Positions 49,765 to 62,744 of a stretch of DNA of 64,000 bases are shown in pieces. This DNA is from Dipteris shenzhenensis (lineage: Eukaryota), in the NCBI GenBank assembly GCA_047967505.1, contig CM106538.1; one strand, 5' to 3'. The notes under the pieces are model-generated. The model did no database searches and was not told where the DNA came from. It saw only the letters and a program-made list of their open reading frames with translations. A program made the position numbers and the translations under genes. Every line of letters starts with the position of its first letter. The first letter of the stretch is position 1.

Positions 49765-49804
49765 GTGTGTGTGTGTGTGTAGATAGATATCTATACATAT
49801 ACAA

Positions 49805-49852
<48 letters not shown>

Positions 49853-50708
49853 GTGATCTGGTCTAGATATCAGCGTGTCATATACACACACAAGCACAAG
49901 TTAATGGAGATGATCCCGTGGAAACAAGTCTGAAATCTCCCTTTTCTATTAGATAACATCGTTGGGTTCGTATGGGTAATGACAGAATTTGCCTTGTGTT
50001 GTTGTATTCAGTTTGCTCTCAACTTGTAAGAAGCCCTGCTATTGACACTGATTGATAATCGGCAAGTGTGCATGCCATCCATAATAGAATCACATAACTA
50101 GGGATATTGAACCAGTTTCCCTTTGTACCATGGGTTCCTTTAGCTACTTGGGCCCCGAATTTCTAGGACAAATGCCATTTCGGTACAGGTCTGGTCATGT
50201 GAGGATGAGGATCATGGTTTTGCATGATAGTCTAATGTGCTCTTATCCCCACATGAAAGAAGCAAAAGCAAACTTATTTTCACAAACCTATTGCTACTGC
50301 ATAAACTTCTTTAGACTCTTGCAAACGGAAAGACTATACTAGTTCTTCAAGTTCATTTAGCCTCTTGTAAACTGCATGCGTGCTAGACTATGCTGCCGTC
50401 ATGCAAAAATAACATCTCTATCTTGCCCAGTGCCAGTTCTTGGCAAAAGCAATACCACGCAAGTACATGTAGATTGGGGTGCCCCACCATTGGTGACCCA
50501 ATTCTGGTGTGCTATAGCCTCTATTGCTGTGTCTCTTTGGTTTTCCATGGTGTATCTAGTAATTCTTTGGATTCAGGAACAGATTTTCAGTGCGTTCATT
50601 TCGATCTTTTGGCTCTTAAATTTTACAAAGGATATGATTTTTACTGTTTTGCCTTGAATAATTCACAAAGGCAACTTTCTGAACTACTTGTGAACTTCTC
50701 TTTGTCAG

Positions 50709-50753
50709 ATTGTTCCTCCTTTGGAACCTCTCGCCACAACTGATTTCAGCCTT
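50709..50753 (+). CDS. TRAPPC13: TRAPPC13 exon
   Basis: gtcag|IVPPLEPLATTDFSL|gtaagc, phase 0/0. Confidence 0.85.
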
Positions 50754-50860
50754 GTAAGCTTCTTTGATACATGTTCGTAATTAGCATCATGTTTAGAGCT
50801 ATAGATGTATTCATGATGTTTTACACTGGATATAATTCTAACTTTTTTGTATTTTTTCAG

Positions 50861-50959
50861 TCTCTTGTTGCTACAGCTGTTGGTGTTCAAAAAATAGCTG
50901 GAATAGGAATTGTGGATGCCCGAGATGGGAAGCCCTACGATACTTTGCTTGCTACAGAG
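50861..50959 (+). CDS. TRAPPC13: TRAPPC13 exon
   Basis: ttcag|SLVATAVGVQKIAGIGIVDARDGKPYDTLLATE|gtagta, containing the family motif L.AT..GVQKI.GI. Confidence 0.9.
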
Positions 50960-52869
50960 GTAGTAAATACTCAAATTCTGCTTCTAAGTAAACGAGTTAA
51001 TATTTGATTTATCAACATGTAGAGTTCTCTAAGGGTAGATATCTAACTAGTGTGAAGTTTAGTATCGTGCCTTTCTTATACTAGCAATTTTCAAATAGCA
51101 TGTTTTGTCTTACAAAAGAACATATTTTCAAATGGCATGTTTTGTGTTGTTTTCAGATGATGAGTTTGGGCATGTTTCTGGATTCACCTAGATATAAATT
51201 TGTCTTATAAACGAACAATCTATTTAAAAGAGAATAATGATGAAAAGATCCGATGAAGGGTAGTAAGAAATGCTCAACTTGCAGTTCTGCATGTGATATT
51301 GTATAAAACATTAGGAGACCAGATCTTACAAAAGCGCTCACAATGCTCAGATGTCTTGTGAGATGTCTTTTGATCTTGTTTCTAGATAGAGCACAAGGTG
51401 TAGATAATGTCAAGCTAGATGCCCACAAGGGACATTGCTGGTTGGATTGAGATCTTTTGAGGTGGAAATCTAAGTTTGCAGGTGGAGATATTGTGATCAT
51501 GTCCATATATTTGGGCAACGGTTACCCGAAGTTCCTTAATGAGAGCATCTAGGCATTCAGCCATGCGTGGCCCTTTGTATGAGCTCGTTGCCATAATCAC
51601 ACTCTATTATCTTTGCCAAGAGATGGACTTGACTTTATATGTTTTTTTAAAAACCAATAGTTGAGAGGCTGAACTTAATCCCTTGGTGTAGTTTTTTAAT
51701 GGTTTGCATTGCTGATTTTTTGTTCTGTTTTATTGCATATCTTGTTCCAAAAAGAGGGTTCTCCCTCGTGTTGCAGGGGAATAGTGGACATTCTATAGGC
51801 ACTCTCCTCGTCTACATCATTCATTGCTAGTTCCAATAGGAAATTCTGGGTTGCATCTATCAAACGCTTTGGCATTGCCAATTCAAGAAGACTTTAATCA
51901 CTCTTATTACTACTTGCTTATAACTCCACATGCAAGCGCATGTGTGTGCACACATATGGTGTTTAAATTCCCAACTTGAAATAAGATTATCTCGACGGTG
52001 CTCTAAAAACTAGAGTATGGTGCACACTCCATAAGGGTGTGTTGCTGGGTTTTCACCCCATGCCTGACTCAAAGTAGATATAGCTGTTTCTCCCATGGTG
52101 CTAGCGGTCTCTCACATCTCCTGTTCCTCTAGGTGCTAGCAATTTCTGTCCCTCTAGGTGCTAGCATCTAGGCTCACAATTGATGTGAGCCTGGGTATTT
52201 GTCTCTGGGTGGGCCCTGCCTTTGGTCTTCGGAACCAGCCTCTGGTGTCCGTGCTCCACCCTGAATGTAGAAACTTTGCTCTTGATTGCTTATGCTTCCT
52301 GCAGCTAGCTTCCCGAGTTTGGCAAGGAATCTTGTCGGCTGTCATGCTCTGTAGTCTACTGGTGTATCCGACTACTCTCTACATTTTGGGAAGTTCCTAG
52401 GGAAAATGCCTAGTCTCCAAGAGGAGAAAAGAGTATGTTGTAGTTCTTGGACCCTTGGGAAATTGCTCCAAATCTGTCTCCAGACTTCTTTCAGCTCATT
52501 TCAAGCATCCAATAAGAGCCTGTTTCCCTAGGCCTCAACCCTACATAGCCGCACGACGTGACACATGTATCAAATAAGCATTATCTTCAATTGCCAACCC
52601 CATATGCCAGACAATCTACACAAGTTGAGAACCATAGAATTGGCGCCTTCTTGCCTCTCTTCTTTTCTCCCTCCATTTATGCGATCAGTGATTGGAGAAA
52701 AACTCAATCAAAGGTAATTCAACTTATTCACAACCTCCACCTGTTTGCCCTTGGAGAAGAATATCGAATAGTGTCCATGTGAATCTCAACTAGGATGACC
52801 TTTGTCTTGTTTGCATTCACTCTAAGCCCACTGTGTTGGCAACATTACTCCAAGGAATGCATATTTTTC

Positions 52870-54260
52870 CTGCCTTATATCTTGGAGCACGAGGAAAGAT
52901 TTACATTATCCACATACAGTAGGAGCATGATGATTGTCTGCCCGTTCAAGGGATCAGAAGTCCAGTCTTGCTGAGGATATCCCATTAACCTTTGTTCCAG
53001 TTTAGGCCAAACAGACTGGGAGAGAGTGGGCAGCCTTGCTTGACCCCAGTGTTGGCCGACCTGGCAGTGTATTTGCTTGTATATTTTGGCTAGTGTCACT
53101 TGTCGCTTGGTTACTTTGCCGTCCTTTTTGAAAAGAGTTGATTGCAGGGGCAAGCTCTTCTATCCCTGATTCCTCCATCCCATGTGGTTTATAAGTATAT
53201 GACCAGTAGGTTTTTTGCGAAAACCAGTTTTGTCCATTTTGTGTCCACTCAACTTTGGAACCCCTCATGCATGATTGAATTGAACATATCACAGACATAG
53301 TTGCAAACAAATGCGTTTGCATGCTTTAGCAAACATTGGCAAGTGTTTGCAAGCCTGTTACTTTTTGGGCATGCTGCAAACAATAGAGGGGATGAGGATG
53401 ATGGGCAATGTCAATTTGAGCATGGCATCCTGCAGGCTGCAGCCCCAAATGTAGTTTGGTGGTAATTTGTTTTCTTATGAGGATTGAAGTTTAGTAGCCT
53501 GGAGTTGAAATATTAAATGCTCCTATTACAATTGCTGGTCTGTTAAGCGCTCGTGTTTGTGTCAAACAGAACCAGCAAGCAAACGTTTGCAAATCCACAA
53601 AGTTGCTCTGCGCTCTAGGTTTATGTCCCTTGTGTCCTCTTGCATCCTCGTGCATCCGCTTTTGTGTTTCTCTCTAGAGTTTATTTTATTCACTCCCAAT
53701 TCTGCCCCATAGCTCCATGCTTCCTCCGTGTGTGGTCCTCACCAACTCAAGTGTGCATAGCATCTTCTTTTTGTCTTGCTTTGCTACACTCCTCATCGAA
53801 CAATTTGTTGCAAGGGAAGTCATATGCGTGGGCTTCTCGCCTTTTCTCAAGGCAAGGTATTTTACAACACTCTCCCTTACGTCGTACAAAACTCTCTCCC
53901 TTCTTTTGTAGAGGAAGGTTACTGTCAAGCTCATTTGACCAAGTGTCCAAAACTGAGCATATGAGACAGCCTTTTGATAATTCAATTGTAATCTAGGACC
54001 ACTTCTTGCTTCTGGTAGCGATATGGTGTCTCATTAGATCCGACTAACCCATACAATACTTGCTGTTAGCAGTCTATGGTCTGTTTTGGAGATTTTTCTA
54101 CCAGCATAAAGTCTCCTAACCTGTGCACTCTTGTATTGAGGATGAGTATGTAGTCCACAACACTATGACAGGTGTTGGTGTGGATGTGTATTATCTTCTT
54201 GCTAACCCATTGGCGTGCCCCATTCACTATGACCACTTCAGGACTTCCGAACACAAATAG
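52870..54260 (-). mobile_element. Highly degenerate RTE-like LINE fragments
   Basis: HSVVDYILI (endonuclease end), FPCNKLFDEEC (interdomain) and MLLLYVDN (RT-like). Confidence 0.5.
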
Positions 54261-54760
54261 TGCTTAAATTCCCCGGAGTTAGGAAGGGAATTGTGGCAGG
54301 ATGCTGCAAAAATGAGATTTCATGAGCGAGGTGCTATTACTTGTTGAATCTGCTGTAATTGCAGGTTTTGATGCACTTTGTAGTTTTGGAACTATTAGAA
54401 GCTCAAGCTCTAGGCTATCAAAGCTAAACAGTTTGTGGGGTTTTTGTGATAAAAGACCCCCTATTTGCAATTGTAATAAGATATAGGACAGTGGCAAGTG
54501 ATTTACAACCAAACATGAAAGAGAAGCAAACGAAGCAACCACGATAAATAACAGGGAGACAGTGACTGAAAATGCAGAGACATGATTTTATAGAAAGGGT
54601 AGTGAACGGTGGATCGAATAGAGAAAAGGGAAGATAAAAGATAGACTTGCTCATTTTCCTTTTCTTGTGTGGGGGACAAGCGTTTGTGAAGCTTGCTTGG
54701 CTTTAAACATTAGAGATGTATGTCATCTTTGAAGCTCTTTTGTTGAACTAACACATGCAG

Positions 54761-54781
54761 GTATTTGTGGAGCCACATTAG
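54761..54781 (+). CDS. TRAPPC13: TRAPPC13 terminal coding exon (VFVEPH*)
   Basis: ctaac branch-like site, then atgcag|GTATTTGTGGAGCCACATTAG. It completes the expected E-(I/V)FV C-terminus. Confidence 0.8.
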   Translation, partial: VFVEPH

Positions 54782-55502
54782 CAGTCAATAAGCTTTGTGC
54801 TCACAGCAACATTCAGATCTTCAATAATATGAGTGTTCCGTGTCTCAAAGGTCAGGCTTTTTGTCAAGTGACGCCCACCTGGAGCCTTGAGAGTTATTAC
54901 TGGTCTGGTCTTTCTTGCAATGTGCCATACTTTGAAGCTGTACCGAATTGTTGGATCACTCCCTGTTTAGTTTGTTGATGAAGCAAGTCTCATCTGTACA
55001 TCACAAGGGGAAACAGCATGATTCCCATCAAATATTTGACTGCAGGAGTTCCAATGAAGTTTGCTCTGGCAGTCTAATTTTCCTCGGATCTTTATAGTCC
55101 AACATGGACGCTAAAAGTCTACCAAATGGCTGGGTTAGAAATGAGGTTTTTGGGTCTTGAAAAGGGATATTTTTTGGACCTTACATCCATATGAACACTG
55201 AGCACATATAAAACATGTAAATTTTGTTCTTTAAGGCAATCATATACCATTATTAATTTTTAACAAAGCTTAATGCAACCACCATTTCTTGTTCACTTTC
55301 ATTTTTGAGATCTTGTTCTCAGACATTCAAAAACTGATTCCTTGCTGTGAAGAACTTTAAAGAGCTGATTGCGCACATTACCATGACTGATTTCTTACTG
55401 CGGCTGGAAGTGACGCGTGTAAATCTTGCATAGATTCCCTTGGATGTTTTCTTTTGGGGTGATTTAATGTTGTCTTTCAAGACCTATACTTGGGAAATAA
55501 TA

Positions 55503-55700
55503 AAAGGGAGAGAAGAAGGGTCAAGGGAGGGGCGTAAGCAGAGGGAGTAGGAGAGTGCGGATGTGGGAATAGTAGAGGGTCTGATTTCTGAATGTTGGAA
55601 AGGGAGAGAAGGAGGGGCAGAGAGAGGGATGTAAGCAGAGGGAGTAGGAGAGTGAGGACATGGGAATCGTAGAGGGTCTGTATTCCAATGATTTCTGAAT
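55503..55700. repeat. Tandem ~96-bp direct repeat (2 copies)
   Basis: aaagggagagaag...gtaagcagagggagtaggagagtg...gtagagggtctg...atttctgaat is repeated. Confidence 0.8.
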
Positions 55701-55799
55701 TTTGGATAATAGTGGAGGTTTGCGCCCTTTTGGTGCACCCCATTTTCCAATTTGAGTTCTGTAAGAAAACATTTCAATTCGAAAGACAAAACATGTTTT

Positions 55800-58745
55800 T
55801 AAGAACCCCAACAATTGATGACTTGTTGCAAGACTGAGACAGCTTTGAAAGAGCTTGGGGATGTCTGTCAGGAGGTGTGTAGTTTGGCATTGTAGCAGGT
55901 ATGTAGGCGTGAGCAAAGCTACTTGGCGTTGACGTAGGGCTATTATTGCAATTTCACTTTGCTGTGTGAGTGCCTTGGACATGATATTGTCACGTTGTTG
56001 GCTGTCCCTAATGTCAACCTTGCTTCCTCTGTAAACAACTATTTTGCTCTTTCCCTTGGCCTTGTTTTGTGCTTGTTTTTTGGTGCTGGAGATGCATTTC
56101 GGTCAAGCCTTCATTCATACAAAATTGAGTGCTCTTTAAATTGGAGGACAAAGCAGCATTACAATTCTGTTTAATCTTACATGGGAGGCACATGGAAGGG
56201 GTTTTTGGACAAAAAATCCTCAAAACTGTCTCGGCATGGTTTGTCAATCGGTGTAGATAGGGCAGTGAAGAACTGTATCCATGCAATCCCCCATTAAAGT
56301 GGGTGGGATAATGTACGTGTTAGTGGGATTTTGATCCATCTTCTCTGCATTGTCATCCGCAAACAACGTTGTCAAAGGGTCAAAGTGTCGCCAATCGATG
56401 TCGGCCAAGCACTTCCCAAACTTGGGCTTCGCACGCCCTTGTCCTCTTCCTACATTTGTGGCTTCGCACGCCCCTGTCCTCTTCCTACATTTGTGGCATG
56501 TGTTGAAGCATACACTCAGGAATGCCCATCATGACACGCATCCCCTTGTCATCACTTGTCAGAGCTTCCATAGACTTGACTTTATCGTCCTCGGTCAACC
56601 TCGACGATGCGAGGCTATACAACCTCTCCTCATTGATCGCCCCTGGGGGCTTCATCCCCAAGTCTAGAGTGGTGACAATCCTACAAATCGAAAGTGGTTT
56701 CAAAAAACAATCACTTCGTATGCAAGCTTGTCATCTAATCGTTTTCCTTCCACATGTAATCTCCACAATTCACTTGTACCATCTTGCCCCTAGTGCAGGG
56801 TCAGCCAACTTCAAGAGTTGACGCGTACGCTTCAAGAGCTTGTCGTTCACACTGTAGTACGCTTCGCTCCATTTCTTTCAAAAGTCAACATCCGACAACT
56901 CGCTGCGACTGTGCATGACTGGATGCAAGTGTTTGTCATACGTGTCATTCGTTGCCTTGTCATCAAACATATTGCAATAACTAAAGAAGGAAAGGAAAAA
57001 GTGTCTCGTTATTGATCCTTACCTTCCACATCACCTATGCGATTATTGGAAGAGGGTTTTTGTACCAATGAACTTTCATGGCTGCCTTCTTCCTGTGGGC
57101 ATCCAGCCACTCTTTCTGCTCAGTTGACAATCTTCGGTGAGTTGCCACATCTAATATAGCACCCAACACTCTGGCCTTGCAAATGAGGTTCAAAAAAGTG
57201 GAGGTGACAATGTTCTATGCTAGCCTGGCGTCGAAAGCAACATATTAAACAATCCTCCAGTGAGGGTGAGGCAGCTAAAGACACAGTGCATTCATTAGGA
57301 ATCATCGAACTCACCTATTCGTCGTTGATAATACAAACAACTCTCCTTCATCTTCTGAGGGCACCTCCACTAATCGGCATTGGACGCGTATATGCCGGCG
57401 CTTATCATTAGGAAAGGCTGGCACTCAAAAGAAAAAGAAGAATTCATGAGTTGAAAACAAATGAAACTTGGCTACTAATGTTGAATCACCCAAATCAATG
57501 GACTACAATACTTACATGTCCTTATCTCGATTCCCACCCTGTGTGGCGATGGTTTCCATCCCAAATGTAAAATAAGGAATTGGACAAGAACGCCCACTTT
57601 GTGTTCCTAATTTCTTCCTCAAATTCTTCGTGTTTCTGGAGCCACAGTGTGAATTCCACTCCCTTTTCACATCCTCGTCCACGTCTCTCTTTTGCATCTT
57701 TGGTGTGGAGGTGAGCACGATGAGGACACCCAACCCCAGCAAGTACCCACTTGAGAAGAATGTTTTCTGCATCTCTTGGGTGCGGGATGTGATCTGGTGG
57801 ATAGTGGGCATTGGGAGCAATCGACACAAGGGGATAGAGGGCAGAGGGATTATTTTTTCCACCTACAAAGAAATTTTTTTAATTTAGCCCAAACATTCGT
57901 TCTCACTCCGTGCCTTGAGATTATAGACCTTCAAAAGACCGAACTACTTACAGTGAATGTTTGTAGCTGGTCCTCAATGCACTCCCACACGATTGTCTTG
58001 TTGCAGGAGGCACTCAGTGCCGTCTCTCCAAGGATACCCTCCTCGTCATCGTCCTCAGACTCCTCTCTGGCCAGTCGCTTTGGTGCATGTCGACCTCAGC
58101 CTTTGCTACGTCGCCCCTGGGAAGAGGGTGTGCTCACACTTTTACTACATCCTTTGGAATCCCGCTTAGAAGCGCCGACGGTAGCCCCAGCAGATGTTGC
58201 CAAGGCTCCGCAGAGTTACGAGGATAGGCCTCCCATCGATGATGCACCGATAACAGTCTGCACGTTCAAGGGATCGAGCCAAATTTTCCTTCTTCATCTA
58301 CCTCCCCCTTGTGTTAACGTAGAACCCTTGAGACCACGCAGTCTTCCTCTCGCAGAAGTTGTGCCCCCCGTCGGAGGCATGTCCTCATTATCAAGCTGGG
58401 CTATATCATCAAGTCTCTATTCACAGAAATTGGTAAAATGGGTTCAAGAAAATCCAACAAAGCCCACTCTAAGCTCATGCAAAGGAAGGACATGATAGAA
58501 GAGCTCACCACTTATTCAACAGGCCACACAAGTAACGCGTTCTCTTTGAGGTCCACTTCAGCCCCATCCTTGTTGATTCCTTTCAACAGGGCCTTATCAT
58601 ACATGCACGAAATGATGACACCAACGTTGCCAAATCGAATGCCTTCTGAATCATGTGTTTGACGAATGCGCGCCTGAGCCACGGGATCGTATTTGTCATC
58701 ATACAAGATGACGATGTCATCTCACTTGAATGCGGGTGATGCCAT
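55800..58745 (-). pseudogene. Degenerate transposon-associated gene with a ParB/Sulfiredoxin-like domain
   Basis: Frameshift-joined peptide IPLCRLLPMP...FFSSGY...REWNSH...EEFEEEI...FLSNSLFYIWDGNHRHTGW (DGNHR at 57546-57560). A GT-AG intron at ~57418-57515 precedes FPNDKRRHIRVQCRLV. The N-terminus is VILYDDKYDPVAQARI...LLVWP. Multiple stops. Confidence 0.55.
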
Positions 58746-58875
58746 TCTTGCTAGGATGCGGATTGAGGATACAGTACAAAGTTAGGGTTTGCAAGACCTA
58801 CATTCATGGCACAAAAACCCTCATTACAAGACAAAAAAGAGAAAGATAGGGGGGAAAGATAGAGGCCTTTCTCGG

Positions 58876-58916
<41 letters not shown>

Positions 58917-59109
58917 CCTTGATAGCTCACTCACAAAGTAAGTATCATTGGGGGGTGTAGCTTTTCCCAAAAGCATGTTTTTTTTTGTTTTTTTAAAAGC
59001 TTGTTAAAAAAAAAAAAACTTTTTTGGCTCCACCAAACATGGCCCGTTTTAAAACAAATTTTCATTAAAAAAAAGTTTTTTAAATAAAAATTTTGTAAAT
59101 AATTTTTTT

Positions 59110-59310
59110 AAAAATCTCCAAAAAAAGGGTGAAGTTGGCACCCAGAGGAGGGCACCGGTGCCCTGCTCTAGGCGCCAACTTCACCCTTTTTTTGGAGATT
59201 TATTTGTTAAAAAAAATTCTAAAGTTTAAAATTTTTTAAAATAAAAATATCAAAAAAAAGGGCAAAGTTGGCGCCCTCCCGTGGGCGTCAACTTTGCCCT
59301 TTTTTTTTTA
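59110..59310. repeat. Two adjacent palindromes built on AAGTTGGCGCC
   Basis: aaatctccaaaaaaagggtgaagttggcacc...accggt...ggcgccaacttcacccttttttt(t)ggagattt (~59112-59200) and aaaaaaaagggcaaagttggcgccc...gggcgtcaactttgccctttttttt (~59252-59308). Confidence 0.9.
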
Positions 59311-60481
59311 ATTTTCATCCCAAATTTGTTTTTCAGAAATGTCCAAAAATGAAATAATTTGCACTAATTTTTTTACCCCCTAGCAAAGATCGTCCTTTTT
59401 GAGGGCCTTCCACTCTGAATTTGGCCAATGTTCCAAAAAGTAATCTTTTTGAAATTTGTGCGAGATCTTGTTATGCCGTCGATTTTCCTTCAAAAAGTTT
59501 GGAAATCGGAGTTGCTACGAAAAAGTTATGGCTGTTTTACTCTTTGGCGAAATTCTATGTAATTTTTACTAGTTTTTATGTTTTTCTACAGGCTTGCTTG
59601 CCTTTCACACGAATCACCTATACTTTCTAATTGTTGCATAATTGCGATTCTATGCCAAAAGCCAAGATGCTCATTTTTTGGGGGTTTTTAAAAGCTTTTA
59701 TTGTTTTTTGGGGTGGAGGTGGGGGGTATAGCTGTTTTTTAAAATATTTGACAACAAACAATTACAAAAAATGGCATCTTCACCCTTACACCTATTCTTG
59801 CATTAAATACTCATAGAATGCTATTTGTTAGACATCAACTATATAAAGACCCCCCCCCCCCCCCCCCACACACACACATCTCTCTCAAGCTCTCATTCTC
59901 TCTCAACTCCTCCTCCATACCCTAACTCTTTGTCCGTCTCTCTCCCCCCCCTATCTTACACCTCTCTCTCTCCCTGGGGCGCCAACTCCCTTTAGTAAAA
60001 AACCTATCAAAATCTTGAGTATGATATGAATTTAACAGTATGCCATGAGTAGAAAGTATTCAAATTAACATGGTTGTGTTCTACACTTAAAGAGCTTCAA
60101 ATATGTCTGTACATCTTAAAATTTGGGTAGCACATAAAGAGGTTACATTAATTTGAAAGGAGATGGGTTTTCATAATTTAGTGTATTTTTTGTTCCCCCC
60201 CCCCTCATCCAAAAGACCCCCCCCCCTTGGGCCTCACATATTATAAAAAAATATGTACAAATCTTAAAATCTTGCATATTTTTCAACATATATACCTTAT
60301 ATTTTGTGGGAGGGGGGACATGGAATTTTCATATTTTTTCCTTGCATATTTGAAAATTTTAAAGGAAATCCATGCATATTATACAATGGACCTTGTCCCC
60401 CCATACCCTAGATTTTTGATGACGATATTAACATATTACATATTGAGTGGGTGTCCCAACTCTCTCTCTCTCTCTCTCTCA

Positions 60482-61215
60482 ATGGCCGGCCCAACTGGTG
60501 CAGAGTCTAGCAACCTCAACAAAGTGCAGATCTATTTGAACTCCCTCTCGTCGGAGCCAATGATATGATATGCAAATGGTGGAACCGTTGTGCTAAGTGA
60601 GGATGACCCCCTGATAGCCAAGGGCATTCATGTGATGGCCATCGCACATGTAAATAGCCGCTTGCAGAGTATGCAAGTGGAAGCCATTCAGGCGGGTGGA
60701 TTGGGGCAGTTCTACATGCTGAACACGTAGTTGTCACGTGACTATGTGCTAGAGAGAGGAAAGAGTGCACTTGCCCACACTCCACCCACAATAGATCTCA
60801 CCCAAAGTCTAGCCAATTTGAGGCAGAGACCATGCGAGTTGGACCCATCATTCTGAGCACAAGGGAAGGCAGCCATTGCACAAGCTACACCCATAATAGA
60901 TCTCACGGCTAGCCCAAGAAGCCTGAGCTCGAGGCCAAGTTCAAGCCATGTTGAACAACCATTAGGAGGCCATGGCATGGTACTGATCGATGATGACAAT
61001 GATACAATAGCTGCAATGGAGGATCCTCAAGCAGTCATTAGCATGTTGTCGTACATCAAGTCTTCTAGGGGACGTCATCGATTGCTTCATGAACTGTTGT
61101 ACAATTCAACCATAGTGGAGAAGTTGATGGAAGTTCCGACAATGTACAACGGAAACGTTGCGTTAAAATTGCTGCCCATGCCGCATGGACCGAGTGCAAT
61201 GGACGGAGTTAAAGG
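60482..61215 (+). pseudogene. Truncated N-terminus of a probable DNA-transposase gene
   Basis: ATG follows a (CT)n leader. The peptide VEKLMEVPTMYNGNVALKLLP...AMDG resembles, from memory, the V..LP..YNGDV.FELPP...MDG motif preceding GCM-like domains of Mutator-related transposases in seed-free plants. No catalytic domain is visible. Confidence 0.4.
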
Positions 61216-62408
61216 GTTATATTGCAATGGTATATTATATTTACCATCAGGCAAGTCATTCGGTCAACATTTATCGGGTCACCTTTATAAATATTGATGT
61301 GAATACGGTTTTTGGAAACACGAATACAATGAATGATCATGTGAGCATGTAATCATGACATACAAAACCCTAACTGTGCTAGTGGTCTAGCCGCACTATG
61401 TCCATGAAGTCAAGTCTAAATAAACTTTGTGAGATGCACAAGACCATCATTTTGTCATGGGCGAGGAAATTTTTTGACTCTTTCTTCAAATTAAATGATG
61501 AAAGAGTGTGTAAGAGGTAGAGTCGACCCCTATAGTGATTTAGCCCTTTGGGTTACTACAAATTTTAAAATATGAGAATGATCTAGTAATACAGAGGGGC
61601 TATATTTAAGGCGGCATGTGGTAGAGTACGCACATAAAAGAGAATACTTTTATCGAAGTCAAATATACAATAGAACCTATATTAAAAGGAATAAAAGTGC
61701 TATCTTCTAAAATACAATGACTCCTAGCACATTCTTGAAAGTGATTCCTCCCCTCGCTTTGATGGCCTTAAAAGTCCTTACCTTATCCCACACTCTATTA
61801 GCCCACCACTTTTGTTCTTCTTGGTTCTACTTTCCTTCCACTTTTTCGATTCTTAATTGAAAAGTACTATTGCTTGGCTCAAACTCAAAAGGAAATGTGT
61901 CACTATAACATATAATCTTTTGACTTGGGTCTTTCTCTTTCTCAAGCTTTGACATTCATTGCGTGTGTTTGTTTAGAATATTCAAACAACATCTTGCTCT
62001 TGATTGGCCTAACCCATATTTTTCTAGGTCCATATTAAAATTTAAATCTTGAGTATTCAATCTTTGCATCAAATCATAAAAGCTTTTTACTTCCGTCCTT
62101 GCATTCGCTGTGTGTATTTGTGTTGCCAATTATCAAAGTTGTTATTAATTTACTCAATCAAGTGATTGATGAGCTATAATTTTTTAATTATTAAGGAACC
62201 ATTAGGACTAGGAGACAAACATAGCATTATGATAGCAATGATAGCATTCGTTTGTCTTATACAAAAATATTATGATCTCACACATTTAGTGCAAACATAT
62301 TTGTTTTAAGTTGAGAAGTGGTGGTATCCATCTTGCATGCCAATTATTTGAATCCAGGTGTCTCCCTTGAATCGTAGGAGTGCAAGAAGGACTATGGCGG
62401 AGTAGGGA

Positions 62409-62657
62409 CTATATGTAACAACATCCACCTTCTTGTTGTTGGCGGAGGTTTCGGAGGTTATAACACATCCCTCTAAAACTATAGCCTCGTCCACCTACCC
62501 TTTTACAATTGTGGATGCTTGCCTTATAGCCTGTACCTTGGCAAAATCTTTTAGCACCCATAGGACTTTGGTCTTCTTCGTCACAAGGTGTGGCTTGTAA
62601 AACATGGGGCATCATTGCGAAGAGGACTAGTATGATAAAAGCTTTGATACACATCAT
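62409..62657 (-). CDS. Small secreted cysteine-rich protein (82 aa; possibly truncated from 123 aa)
   Basis: MMCIKAFIILVLFAMMPHVLQA is a signal-peptide-like leader. The mature part has six Cys including CC. There is a (CT)n 5' UTR, TATATA at ~62778-62783, and an AT-rich downstream region. Confidence 0.6.
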   Translation of the reverse strand: MMCIKAFIILVLFAMMPHVLQATPCDEEDQSPMGAKRFCQGTGYKASIHNCKRVGGRGYSFRGMCYNLRNLRQQQEGGCCYI

Positions 62658-62690
62658 GTGTGAGAGAGAGAGAGATAGAGAGAGACAGAG

Positions 62691-62744
<54 letters not shown>

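Noticed and set aside
51696-51881. Peptide NDVDEESAYR faintly like ribosomal protein S3a
   Set aside because: The similarity is limited to a few residues with no flanking support.
57776-58495. 239-aa plus-strand ORF
   Set aside because: It is the antisense shadow of the degenerate minus-strand ParB-like gene and has no motifs.
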